Source of the DNA: a virus
Reading direction: 5' to 3' (one strand)
IMG/VR virus record: IMGVR_UViG_3300032046_000015
Coordinates: 1 to 64,000 of that record
DNA: 64,000 bases
Numbering within the stretch: the stretch's first letter is position 1; every line of letters begins with the position of its first letter. The notes beneath the pieces were generated by a model, which was not told the DNA's origin, did no database searches, and saw only the letters and a program-made list of their open reading frames with translations. Made by a program: the position numbers and the translations under genes. Positions 10,660-19,966 of this stretch are shown piece after piece.

Positions 10660-11889
10660 TTAGTTGGTGCTCTCCAACGTCAGTACAAAATCCTTTACTA
10701 TCTTGTGTTCAGTTGGTGGCGCCAAGTAATAGGGAACATTTCTGATTTCTATCTCAAATGATCCGCTGTAAATGTCATCCAAGTTTGGCCTATATCCTGC
10801 CACATAAGGTGACACGATAACCAAATCAAGCATTTCATCCGTATCAAGCCAACGCAATTGCGGTATGGCTTTAACACCAGCATAGATTGCGTTGGCCAAA
10901 CGTTGTTGATCTACCAACAAATTAGTGAGAACAACGATGTTTGCCCTGAATGTTAAATTATCTGGGCCTGACATCTTATAACCTGAGCTGGCCCCAGGTG
11001 CGACAAACGTGTCCCCTTCAAATGACTGAGAACGTTCTACAACCAAAATGTCTTCCAAGGTGACAGCAGGAAGTGAAGCCAATTCTGTGTAATCCTGCTG
11101 TGTGGCTATTGCTCCAATGGGATTATATTCCACTATCACTTTCAACTGCTTGCCTGCTGGCACGCTGGTGGCAAGTGTTATGACTTTAGTGCCTGGATTG
11201 TAAGAGGATAAGATGTCTGTAAACTCCTCTGGATCATCCGATACATTGAACACTCCTCTTACATCTGTGATATTCAACTTGGCCATATCATAGTTGTTCA
11301 AGTCTATTGTAGTGGTTATGGCTGCTGTTTCCATGATGAAATCTGCTGGAGCAGTTATGCTTTGTAATGCTGGCATCAATGTTTTTATCAGCCAACTCTC
11401 TTGTGTATCTAAATACATATAAAGCAATATCTTAATTCCAGAAATGGATGGAGTGATTTGTGTATCGTTTGTTCTGAGATTGATGATGAATCCCAAAGCA
11501 TGTTCTGCCCCAACAGCACTCTTGAATGTATCAATGTGATCATTAATTTCAAAAACAGTGTTCCAATCATTTGCGCCAGCAACAACCCATTGTGTTCCGT
11601 TATGGAAATACTCTTGTACACCATCATACAACTTGTAGTATATGTATGTCCCAGTGGGCTCATCTGACAGTGGTTGAATTGCCAACCATTGCTTGTGAGC
11701 CTTGGGATTAGTCATAGGCACTTTTGCCCATATATTTGTGGCAACCGGAAACAATCCCAAATGATCTGCCTTCAACTTGATCGCTCCATCCTGCGGATCA
11801 AGCCTGATCTTTGTGTCGTCATTAAACACAATCTGTTCTCTCATAGTTTCAGGCCATGACAGAATCTTTATGTATCTTTGCCAGTCCAT
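10660..11889 (-). CDS. putative tail terminator / neck structural protein
   Basis: 409-aa ORF immediately upstream of the sheath; C-terminal LPAVTLED region resembles tail terminators. Confidence 0.5.
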   Translation of the reverse strand: MDWQRYIKILSWPETMREQIVFNDDTKIRLDPQDGAIKLKADHLGLFPVATNIWAKVPMTNPKAHKQWLAIQPLSDEPTGTYIYYKLYDGVQEYFHNGTQWVVAGANDWNTVFEINDHIDTFKSAVGAEHALGFIINLRTNDTQITPSISGIKILLYMYLDTQESWLIKTLMPALQSITAPADFIMETAAITTTIDLNNYDMAKLNITDVRGVFNVSDDPEEFTDILSSYNPGTKVITLATSVPAGKQLKVIVEYNPIGAIATQQDYTELASLPAVTLEDILVVERSQSFEGDTFVAPGASSGYKMSGPDNLTFRANIVVLTNLLVDQQRLANAIYAGVKAIPQLRWLDTDEMLDLVIVSPYVAGYRPNLDDIYSGSFEIEIRNVPYYLAPPTEHKIVKDFVLTLESTN

Positions 11890-12470
11890 TATGGAGCAAC
11901 CTTGTACTTGGGTGATAAATCGTTGAATGCCGCATCAACAGCCATTCGCCAGTTATCCTCACAATCAGTCTGTATCTTTGGATCTTCAAATGGTTGTTTA
12001 ATAAATGGTCTGCCTCTGACTCTCAAAGCAGAAGTGCTTGGATTGATTGGGCTGAAAACATATTCTTTTGCTTTGTATTTGAACCACGTTCTCATCTTGG
12101 GTGTTATCTTAATCGTGAATCCTTCATGTAGCATCTCTCCTATATTGGCCATGGCCTTGCCACGCAACTTTGTAGCAGCCAACACTCCAACAAATCCGCT
12201 TGACCAATCTATCTGCCTGGTGCGGATGGAACGTCTCAAATCACCCCTGTCCACGAGTGGCAAGCTGCTTCCCTTCATAGCAATAGTTATTGGCCTGTTG
12301 GGCTCATACTTGCCTTGATCTATTCTGGTGATGATTTCTGTCCTGACAAGTAGTGTGTTAGCTGTTGTAGCCTTCTTGACTTCACTCTTCAGCTTGTTAG
12401 CAAAACGTGCTGATGACATGAGCTTCATGTACAACTTCCACTGTCCAACCTTTGTTATGCTGCCAGCCAT
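11889..12470 (-). CDS. tail completion / virion morphogenesis protein (HK97 gp10-like)
   Basis: KGSSLPLVDRGDLRRSI, HEG and RPFIKQ motifs. Confidence 0.75.
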   Translation of the reverse strand: MAGSITKVGQWKLYMKLMSSARFANKLKSEVKKATTANTLLVRTEIITRIDQGKYEPNRPITIAMKGSSLPLVDRGDLRRSIRTRQIDWSSGFVGVLAATKLRGKAMANIGEMLHEGFTIKITPKMRTWFKYKAKEYVFSPINPSTSALRVRGRPFIKQPFEDPKIQTDCEDNWRMAVDAAFNDLSPKYKVAP

Positions 12471-12862
12471 TATGTTGGATTCCTTGTAGCAAAAAAAGCC
12501 TTGATCATCGATGGCCCACCCTGATCAGGATAATGTCCGCATGGTTTCAGTTGTGTAATATACAGTTCATAAGTGGTACCAGCAATCTTTGTTATTCTAT
12601 CACCCCTTTGGAGTGTCACGCTGGCTGCTGCCAATTCCTTCAACTTGAATAAAAGGTATCCATCGCACTCCTCTGAGATGCCCTCATATGTTGCCGTTGG
12701 ATCATTTGTGTTGCGCCAGTTAACTTGTGCCCTTAAAGCCTTGTCTGCCTTCCGCACCATAGTCCGCACAGGTTCTCTGGCGTCACTCCTGAATGGAGTG
12801 TTGACAGCATCCTTCTGTTGAATAGTAACAGCAACTGGATGTATGAGTGTTGGTTCTACCAA
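12470..12862 (-). CDS. head closure / head-tail joining protein
   Basis: 130-aa beta-rich ORF (LQRGDRI) in the neck position. Confidence 0.6.
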   Translation of the reverse strand: MVEPTLIHPVAVTIQQKDAVNTPFRSDAREPVRTMVRKADKALRAQVNWRNTNDPTATYEGISEECDGYLLFKLKELAAASVTLQRGDRITKIAGTTYELYITQLKPCGHYPDQGGPSMIKAFFATRNPT

Positions 12863-13578
12863 TCTCTTGGTGCTCCTAATGCCGTTGGCCTTCTGTACAG
12901 TCTGACTATGCGATCAGCTTCAGCATCACCGCTGCTTAAAAATGAAGTTGATCCTGGTGTGGCAACCGATGCCAGAGTGTAACTGTGGCTGTCAGTTGTC
13001 TCAGAAATCAATGGGCCAGCCTGACCTCCACCGCTGCTTCCAGAAGATGAACCGCCCAGACTGATCGTGGTAGCATCCCTCAATACCAGCCTTCTTAATG
13101 CTCGCAATATCAACAATGGTGGTGTTCCATCCGGTTCAAGAAAACCAAATACACCCTTGATTTCTATGTTGCGTTCACCTTTTGGAAAAGCTGGTTTGCC
13201 ATATTCATATTCATTGGATTCAACTTTGCTGAACAGAGATGGCCTGACAGCCTTCATGCCTATGTGTGGATTGAAACGATCATCATTGGGTTCTTGGCGT
13301 CCTGCATACACTTCGTACATGTATGGTTCCAGTGTGTATTCTACATCCAAAAACTTGATGTATTCAATAGACACAATAGATATTGGCAATTGCAACAGAT
13401 CATTCCCTGTGCCGTCAACACGAATAGTTGCGGCACGTGAATCAAAATATTGCCCAGTAGCACGTTCCAGCCACGCCTGCCACTCAGCGATCAGTGCTGT
13501 TATTTTGGCATCTGTAGGTGGATTGGCCGTGAAATTTTCATATGCTCTGAATTGCGCCACTGTCATCAAGGCTGCCAT
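12856..13578 (-). CDS. head-tail adaptor / connector protein
   Basis: ERATGQYF, FPKGERNIEIKGVFGF and ISETTDSHSY motifs typical of neck adaptors. Confidence 0.7.
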   Translation of the reverse strand: MAALMTVAQFRAYENFTANPPTDAKITALIAEWQAWLERATGQYFDSRAATIRVDGTGNDLLQLPISIVSIEYIKFLDVEYTLEPYMYEVYAGRQEPNDDRFNPHIGMKAVRPSLFSKVESNEYEYGKPAFPKGERNIEIKGVFGFLEPDGTPPLLILRALRRLVLRDATTISLGGSSSGSSGGGQAGPLISETTDSHSYTLASVATPGSTSFLSSGDAEADRIVRLYRRPTALGAPRDW

Positions 13579-13581
13579 ATT

Positions 13582-13740
13582 TTACACCGTTCTTTCATCC
13601 TCAATGGTAAAGCTGCCAGATTCTATTGTGTGGGTACCACAACCATCAGGCACCCAATTTGGATCCAAAACCGTTTGCGTGGTGCGTTTGTATTCACCTT
13701 CAGTTTCACAACGCACACGCACGTCATATTCTGTTGGCAT
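13582..13740 (-). CDS. small hypothetical protein (52 aa)
   Basis: Read by hand: MPTEYDVRVRCETEGEYKRTTQTVLDPNWVPDGCGTHTIESGSFTIEDERTV; fills the gap exactly, with a TAATG overlap. Confidence 0.6.
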   Translation of the reverse strand: MPTEYDVRVRCETEGEYKRTTQTVLDPNWVPDGCGTHTIESGSFTIEDERTV

Positions 13741-14099
13741 TATCCCACCTCCACTACTGCGCCAGTCACCTGGATTGTTCCGGTGCCATCAGTATAAATT
13801 TGCAACTCTATCAATGATACTCCTGACTCTGGCACGTTGGCAAGCTCTGCTGTGTACAATGTTGGATCAGAAGCATTCACAGTTATCAAGGCCAATTGTT
13901 GGGCCTTGGTATAATCCCATATTTTGATGTATCCTGAACCACCACTTTGTTTCCTTGCGTAGCAAGAAAATTTTGCAGCCATCGCTCTGGGATACCTATC
14001 AAAGTCAATCACAGCACGACCTTTAACAACAGGAATGCCAAGAGTTGTTGACTGTAAGTCTGTCGCCATAGTAACATGATCTGGAATTGAACTGCTCAT
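13740..14099 (-). CDS. hypothetical virion protein
   Basis: Operon-coupled ORF (MSSSIPDH start); beta-rich. Confidence 0.55.
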   Translation of the reverse strand: MSSSIPDHVTMATDLQSTTLGIPVVKGRAVIDFDRYPRAMAAKFSCYARKQSGGSGYIKIWDYTKAQQLALITVNASDPTLYTAELANVPESGVSLIELQIYTDGTGTIQVTGAVVEVG

Positions 14100-14100
14100 A

Positions 14101-14718
14101 TCATCCTGCCTCTTCAGCATAGATGGCCACACTCAAATACTTTGCGCCAGCGCCAGCCTGATCTATGTCTATTGTTATGAAATCTCCAGCAGCCAACGAT
14201 TGTATGTCAGGTTGTGTAGCTGTGATCACTTTGTAATCACCTTGTGCTGCTGTGATAGTTGGCCTGTTAGCTTGCGTTGTGTATAACGTCACTGGTGCTA
14301 CACCTGATGAACCTTTGTTGATGTCAATGATTGTGGAAGTGCCAACTGATCCTTTGGTTCCTCTATACACAAGAATTTTTTGTATGGCGCATGTGTAAGG
14401 AACAAGTGCTACAGCATCTAGTTCAGCACCTGGAGTCAGATTGCCTGATACTCTGAATTCAAATACAAAGTGTTTAAGGCCAACAGACTTTGGGTGCGTA
14501 TGATCATCACGACTGGCTTGTAAACTTTCACCAGATGAGCCTTCTGTTGTATCTTCCAAAGGTGTAACATCTGATGGCGTTGTAAAAGGATACTCATCAC
14601 TTGGATCAACCGCATTCCTGATTGCGTTGTATTGATTGACGTCAAGTGGCCTTGTCTCCTCTACAGAACCATCTGGTGTAGTGGTTAACTCTTTCAGACC
14701 TTTGATTTCATCTGCCAT
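14101..14718 (-). CDS. putative head/neck fibre protein
   Basis: ASRDDHTHP fibre motif and a C-terminal LAAGDFITIDIDQ jelly-roll-like domain. Confidence 0.55.
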   Translation of the reverse strand: MADEIKGLKELTTTPDGSVEETRPLDVNQYNAIRNAVDPSDEYPFTTPSDVTPLEDTTEGSSGESLQASRDDHTHPKSVGLKHFVFEFRVSGNLTPGAELDAVALVPYTCAIQKILVYRGTKGSVGTSTIIDINKGSSGVAPVTLYTTQANRPTITAAQGDYKVITATQPDIQSLAAGDFITIDIDQAGAGAKYLSVAIYAEEAG

Positions 14719-16440
14719 TTATAACCTCACAGATGTTCCCACCAGGTACACAGATGAAGCATACTTGACATTACCTGGTGCTGGAGCGAATGTGTTCATC
14801 CTGGTGATAAGTAAAGTCATTAACAAGTCTGGAGCAATTTTAGTTACATCCAGTAAAATGACTATGTCTTGTCGTTTGTGTCCAACTAACAAAACATCCT
14901 GCCAAGTCACTGTTTCGCTAAACACAGGCTGTTCGCCTGCCAAAGCCTTGTCTATATCCACAGTGAATTTGACCTCTTCAATCCCTGTGCCGCCTGTGTT
15001 CAAGTGAATTATGTGTAACACCAAATAAGGACTGCGATTGCCTATGGCTGCTACTGGTGGCAGCTTAACAGGTATCCTGTATTGGTTATCTTGTGGCCCA
15101 GCCTTGAACTCTCTGGTCTCAAAATTATCTATGGATGCTGGTGGTGCCAGAATAGCTGGGACAATACCAATGTCGTTGCCTATTCCAACAGGTGAATAAG
15201 GATTGCGCAACTCAGCAAACACTTGATTGATTGCATCCTCAGCATTTCTACCTTCCCATGCTGGCCCCATGAAAGCATACTGATCTGCGAATTTAATCAC
15301 TCCAGCCGATGTGTAAGGTTCCATTCTACAACCAAAGTATGGACCATAATTAACTTTTTGCGGATTGTAGGAATTACCACCAGAAAACACAACGATATTG
15401 TTATGGTTGAACCTTATCTGAGTTGCTGGAGTTGGACCATAATCCGCAAACTCTGTGTTGAATAACACAACATTTTGAACACCAGCTGGAGATATGCCAT
15501 CATTGTATAAGTCCAACCCTATGTCGGTGCCTCTGAATTGGTTGTTGGTAATGTTGAGTGATCCACCAGCAAACCTTACACCTTTGGCAAGTCCATCAAT
15601 CCGAATGTTATTGAATGTTGTGGCTCCAAATGTAACATCATCATTCCTGATGCACCAATTAGTGTTACACCTACCACCAGAAATACAGAACACATCGTCC
15701 AACACTCGCAATTCTGCAAACTCTGCAACTTGTGTTACTGCACCAGAAGCTGGCCAGCCAAACAAGACATTGCCTGTTCCTGTTCCTGTCAATTCTAATT
15801 TGGGATCAGCTATGGTGTTTAATCCTCTTACACGTACACGCCCATATTGTGCTCCTGCCACCAAAGTTGGATCGCCAAGAGCCATAATCCTGGCAGCTAC
15901 AGCTGCGGCTGTTGTGTCACCTGCCGCCAGTGTTACAGTTATCTCTGGGCCATCTTCTACTTTGAAAACCAGAGTTTCACCGCCTACAACAGCGAATGGC
16001 TCTTTGAGTGGTGAGTGTAAGCTGGCTGTGTCCCTGATATGGACTAAGCAATCAAAACCTGGACCACCAAAAAGGCCAGCGATTACACCACAGTGTCTGA
16101 GTCCACCGTGTCCTATGGACAGTATATAATCGCCATCGTCTGTGTCTGATATCAGGTGTGTATTATCATGGCCTTTGCCATCTATCCAAACCCAATCTGG
16201 TATCCACCTGTTCTGTCCAAGTCTAAAACCTTGGCTCAGGTGTATCAGAAATTTGCGGAATTCATTTGGCTGTTGATCCGGTGGCAAAGCATTGAGATAA
16301 GCCAATGCCAGATCAAGATCAGTGAATGCGTTTTTGACGGATGTGAACCCTTCACCGACAAATAACTCATGATCAAAATTAGGGTAATATGCCGGTGGTA
16401 TTGGCCCACTGCCTCCACCACGTCTGCCTATGCCGCTCAT
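14719..16440 (-). CDS. putative virion appendage with pectin-lyase-like beta-helix
   Basis: Beta-helix-like stretches (GVRFAGGSLNITNNQFRGTDIGLDL); ATGA overlap with the upstream gene; located in the head-neck region. Confidence 0.5.
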   Translation of the reverse strand: MSGIGRRGGGSGPIPPAYYPNFDHELFVGEGFTSVKNAFTDLDLALAYLNALPPDQQPNEFRKFLIHLSQGFRLGQNRWIPDWVWIDGKGHDNTHLISDTDDGDYILSIGHGGLRHCGVIAGLFGGPGFDCLVHIRDTASLHSPLKEPFAVVGGETLVFKVEDGPEITVTLAAGDTTAAAVAARIMALGDPTLVAGAQYGRVRVRGLNTIADPKLELTGTGTGNVLFGWPASGAVTQVAEFAELRVLDDVFCISGGRCNTNWCIRNDDVTFGATTFNNIRIDGLAKGVRFAGGSLNITNNQFRGTDIGLDLYNDGISPAGVQNVVLFNTEFADYGPTPATQIRFNHNNIVVFSGGNSYNPQKVNYGPYFGCRMEPYTSAGVIKFADQYAFMGPAWEGRNAEDAINQVFAELRNPYSPVGIGNDIGIVPAILAPPASIDNFETREFKAGPQDNQYRIPVKLPPVAAIGNRSPYLVLHIIHLNTGGTGIEEVKFTVDIDKALAGEQPVFSETVTWQDVLLVGHKRQDIVILLDVTKIAPDLLMTLLITRMNTFAPAPGNVKYASSVYLVGTSVRL

Positions 16441-16712
16441 CCGCTGCGCCTCCACGCAAATAATCTGGCCACGTCACCTGGATTGGTTCCCTTCACAAAT
16501 ATGTGTGACTTACTGAGATCATCCATGGCCAAGAAAATATCTGCTGCTTTGACCACACCATCTATGCTTCCAGATGTTCCACTCCAACTGAAAACTAGAT
16601 CACCAGTACCATCCATGATTAGCAACACAGATGTTGAGTCAAAGCCAAAATCTGCTTTTTCATAGGCAGCTTGTAGCGTCACTTCTTTGTAAAAAAATTC
16701 TTTGTCACTCAT
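16437..16712 (-). CDS. hypothetical protein
   Basis: Operon-coupled ORF. Confidence 0.6.
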   Translation of the reverse strand: MSDKEFFYKEVTLQAAYEKADFGFDSTSVLLIMDGTGDLVFSWSGTSGSIDGVVKAADIFLAMDDLSKSHIFVKGTNPGDVARLFAWRRSG

Positions 16713-17085
16713 GCTTGTCTCCAGACTTAAACACCTGACGTCCTGTTCTCTTGACTATGGTGGATACCATCCTTGGTGAATTGCCATTTGGATAGTACAG
16801 GATCATCATGATGGAAATGTTGTCAGCTTGGCACCCAACTCTTAAAGATGCCAGCCGTTCTTGGCCATTCTTGCTATCCCAGTTCAGCCATGCCTTGTAT
16901 GTGACCTGCTTGAACTTTTTTGGAGTGGGCATTACATGCCACATACCTTGATGGAGAACACCCACTGCCCGTATGTCAGCCTGTGCTGTTGGATTTTGTT
17001 CCAGACTGCGCCAAGCTTGCTCTTGGTCAGCTTTACTCAAATCAAACGTGAGTGTATCACCATTGGCCATTTGTACTTTTAACAC
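16705..17085 (-). CDS. hypothetical protein
   Basis: Operon-coupled ORF. Confidence 0.6.
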   Translation of the reverse strand: MLKVQMANGDTLTFDLSKADQEQAWRSLEQNPTAQADIRAVGVLHQGMWHVMPTPKKFKQVTYKAWLNWDSKNGQERLASLRVGCQADNISIMMILYYPNGNSPRMVSTIVKRTGRQVFKSGDKHE

Positions 17086-17091
17086 GGCTGG

Positions 17092-17553
17092 TCACCCTTC
17101 CAAACGTTTCAACTCCTCTTTAATTTTGAGCACCACACTGTTACGTGGACTGTATGGATTGTGTTTGCCTGAATCCTCAGCCTCAAGTAGTTGTGTTAAG
17201 AATTGTGTGAACTCTGGAGTCTCCATCAGCACCCTTTTTTCATCTATTGCCTTGATGATTTGCTTTGTTCCTTTGGAAATTATCTCAACAATAAAGTTGG
17301 GCTGTATATCCTTATCACCTTCCACCTTTGTGGTACCTTCTGCTGGCACGCTGGTGGCAGAAAATGGTTGCGAATTCAGCACCACTATCTTATAATTGGG
17401 ATAATTCTTTTGGATGTAGCTTAACTCCTCTTGGGTGATAGTGCTTGGAGTATTAGGCAACAGGTGTATGTCTCCTTGCCTGCTCCTGGGTATGGACACA
17501 TCCTTAACAGCCAAGTGTATTGTGCCATTTTCTTTAGACATTATGAGTGCCAT
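17092..17553 (-). CDS. hypothetical protein
   Basis: ORF downstream of the capsid gene with a plausible RBS. Confidence 0.55.
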   Translation of the reverse strand: MALIMSKENGTIHLAVKDVSIPRSRQGDIHLLPNTPSTITQEELSYIQKNYPNYKIVVLNSQPFSATSVPAEGTTKVEGDKDIQPNFIVEIISKGTKQIIKAIDEKRVLMETPEFTQFLTQLLEAEDSGKHNPYSPRNSVVLKIKEELKRLEG

Positions 17554-17621
17554 GTTCACCCTTCACTTCCTGTTACGATTCAACAACATTTGCCCAAGTC
17601 CAAGTTGTGGCAATATGGTTG

Positions 17622-17888
17622 TTAATTCCTTGCGCCTTTGCGTTGAATCTTGTTTGTTGATGCCTGTGGCGATTGTGGCGCTTTTGTATCGCCATTCCCT
17701 TGTCCTTGTGTAACTGGAACATCCTCATATATCTCAATCACTTGAAACATCGATGAACTTTTGAAGTGAACGATGTCCTCAAGTTTGTGTACCTTTATGG
17801 GATGTCCTTTTATCAGTTTGTACCCTCTTGTGCTAATGGACAGGGAACTGTTCTGTGTAACTACCGCATATGCTATTTGTTTTGCCAT
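17622..17888 (-). CDS. hypothetical protein following major capsid
   Basis: ORF with a GGAG RBS. Confidence 0.55.
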   Translation of the reverse strand: MAKQIAYAVVTQNSSLSISTRGYKLIKGHPIKVHKLEDIVHFKSSSMFQVIEIYEDVPVTQGQGNGDTKAPQSPQASTNKIQRKGARN

Positions 17889-17926
17889 CTCCAAATCCTC
17901 TTTTCAGTTGTGAATGGCTGGTAGCA

Positions 17927-19120
17927 TTATGCCAGACCGATGTTGACTATCTTGACAACGGCATCAACTTCTTCAATCTGCGTATCCGCTTTCACGGTGA
18001 TCGCATACTGATTGACGCCTTTGAAGATGTCTCTGTCCTTCTCAATCCTGATGTCTCTGCCTATGGCAAGGATCAGGTTTTGGAAGTGTGTCAAGAGCAC
18101 CTGTGGATGCGCCTGGTATGTGACTTTGACATTCACAGGATCAGGCAGACTGCCGGTGCCGATGCGAACGATTGTGCCATTCACATAGTCCATGGTGTAG
18201 TCCACGCCCTGGACGTATGGAGTGATGGGAGCATTGCCCAATGTTTGGAGTGCCACGATTTCACTGGCGCTGATGATCGGCTTGTAGGCCAGCGATGCCA
18301 CAGTGAGGCCAGTCAGCGTGATGTGTTCCACTATCTTCTGTGTCGCTCCCACAAGCGGAACTGGTACCAGTTCAATGCCGAATGGGGTGAGGTTCTGAGT
18401 TGTGGTCAACGCAGCATCACCACCCGCTGTGGCACGTGTGGATACCTTGTTCCTGAAGTTTTGCTCGATGTCGCTGTTGGACAGGAATCTCAACATTGTC
18501 CTGTCTCTCTTGAATTTGTCGGGCATCTTCTTGATGGCTTCACTGAAGATGGCACTCTCAATGTCGGTTCCAGCCGCATCGTACACATGGCCGCCATCAG
18601 CCAGTTTCCACCAACCGGAACACAGCGACAGATAACTGTCCTTGACGACCTTCACTGGATCACCGTCCACGTACAGATCAGCTTCAACCGCTGCTGGGCC
18701 AAGCAGATTGCCGTTGATGTACAAGTCTTCCAGATCATTGGCCAACTGTGTGGCCATCATCTTCACGATGGTATCCTGGACAGCATCCCCTTCAATGTTG
18801 ATTTCACTGAAGGTGTCGCTGATCTCGAATGGCACCATGATCTCCACAGGCTTCATGGAGATTTTTGACGTGGTGACTCTGCGCCTGACGTTGGGGTCAG
18901 ATGCCTCTGCCTTTGGAACAGCGACACGCTTGCCCACGCCTATTTTGTCGATGGTGGCTTCTTCATTTCTGAACTTGACCACCCGCACGTTGTTTTTGAG
19001 CGATGTCACATCGATGACGTACTGGATGAACTTGTCGCTCTGCATGGGATTGAGTTTGCCGCCAGCAGCCAATTGATCCGCTGCGATGACTGCCTTCTCA
19101 ACCAATTCCTTGTTTGTCAT
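17927..19120 (-). CDS. major capsid protein (HK97 fold, XkdG/P2-like)
   Basis: GGKLNPMQSDKFI, NIEG, ANDLEDLYINGN and RDIRIEKDRDI motifs; follows the scaffold gene; C-ending codon bias typical of highly expressed genes. Confidence 0.92.
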   Translation of the reverse strand: MTNKELVEKAVIAADQLAAGGKLNPMQSDKFIQYVIDVTSLKNNVRVVKFRNEEATIDKIGVGKRVAVPKAEASDPNVRRRVTTSKISMKPVEIMVPFEISDTFSEINIEGDAVQDTIVKMMATQLANDLEDLYINGNLLGPAAVEADLYVDGDPVKVVKDSYLSLCSGWWKLADGGHVYDAAGTDIESAIFSEAIKKMPDKFKRDRTMLRFLSNSDIEQNFRNKVSTRATAGGDAALTTTQNLTPFGIELVPVPLVGATQKIVEHITLTGLTVASLAYKPIISASEIVALQTLGNAPITPYVQGVDYTMDYVNGTIVRIGTGSLPDPVNVKVTYQAHPQVLLTHFQNLILAIGRDIRIEKDRDIFKGVNQYAITVKADTQIEEVDAVVKIVNIGLA

Positions 19121-19159
19121 GATTCTGTGTCTCCTCTCTTGTGTTATTCTGGTTTGGGG

Positions 19160-19966
19160 TCAAACGACATTGCCCCAAAAACCTTTGTCACCTTTTTTGA
19201 CTTCTGTGGTTTGTCCATCCTGCCCTGGCTGTTTGCTCACTGCTACTGCACCCTCAATGGTTTCCAAACGTTTTACAACGTCTGAAATCTGAGTGCTGAA
19301 TTCACCGATTGCTTTTGCCAAGTCAGGTGACGTTGTGTCGGCCTTGGCAGTCGGTTGAGCCACAGGTGGCTGTGTTGCGACTGGTGCCGATGCGACTGGT
19401 GCCGATGCCGTTGGCAACGCATTGACATCCACTCCCAGATCATCCAGGATAGCCTTGAGGCTTTGGTATGCCGTCATGATCTTTTCCATGCGATGCTGGC
19501 TGATCTTGGCTCCAGCCTTCTCCACTGATTCTGTCGCCTTGGCTGCTGGTGCCGGATAACCTGCCCCCAGTTTGCCCATCGCTGCTTCCAGCTTTGACAT
19601 CAGACCTTCAAGCAACGGTTTCATGGCGCCAAGGGCATCCATTAACGGCTTGACATCTGCATATCCAGCCTTGGAAGCATCGGTTGGGACAGCATCAGGT
19701 GAAGTGGCCGCTGGCGCTGGTTGATCATCTGTCTTATGGACAGGTGCCGTGGGCTCACTGGTTGCTTCAGGCACAGGCTCATCGCCTGTTGTCTGTTTCA
19801 CCCGTTCAACTTCCATACTTTTGTCTCCTCTCTTTGATTGTTTTACCACCAAGAATTTATGGCGATTAGCAGCCCTGTCAACAAGGCTGACTTCATCCAC
19901 TGCTATATCCAACAACCTTGCTGGGCCTGTTGGTTGATTATCCTCTTTGGTTTTATCCTTGCTCAT
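19160..19966 (-). CDS. capsid scaffolding protein with N-terminal protease-type EVSLVDRAAN motif
   Basis: Pro/Ala-rich low-complexity body, C-terminal FWGNVV, directly upstream of the major capsid gene. Confidence 0.75.
   Translation of the reverse strand: MSKDKTKEDNQPTGPARLLDIAVDEVSLVDRAANRHKFLVVKQSKRGDKSMEVERVKQTTGDEPVPEATSEPTAPVHKTDDQPAPAATSPDAVPTDASKAGYADVKPLMDALGAMKPLLEGLMSKLEAAMGKLGAGYPAPAAKATESVEKAGAKISQHRMEKIMTAYQSLKAILDDLGVDVNALPTASAPVASAPVATQPPVAQPTAKADTTSPDLAKAIGEFSTQISDVVKRLETIEGAVAVSKQPGQDGQTTEVKKGDKGFWGNVV

Noticed and set aside
19377-19407. 15-bp tandem repeat in the scaffold gene, and similar repeats at 60.8 kb
   Set aside because: They simply encode low-complexity peptide repeats (ASAPV, EAPKADT).
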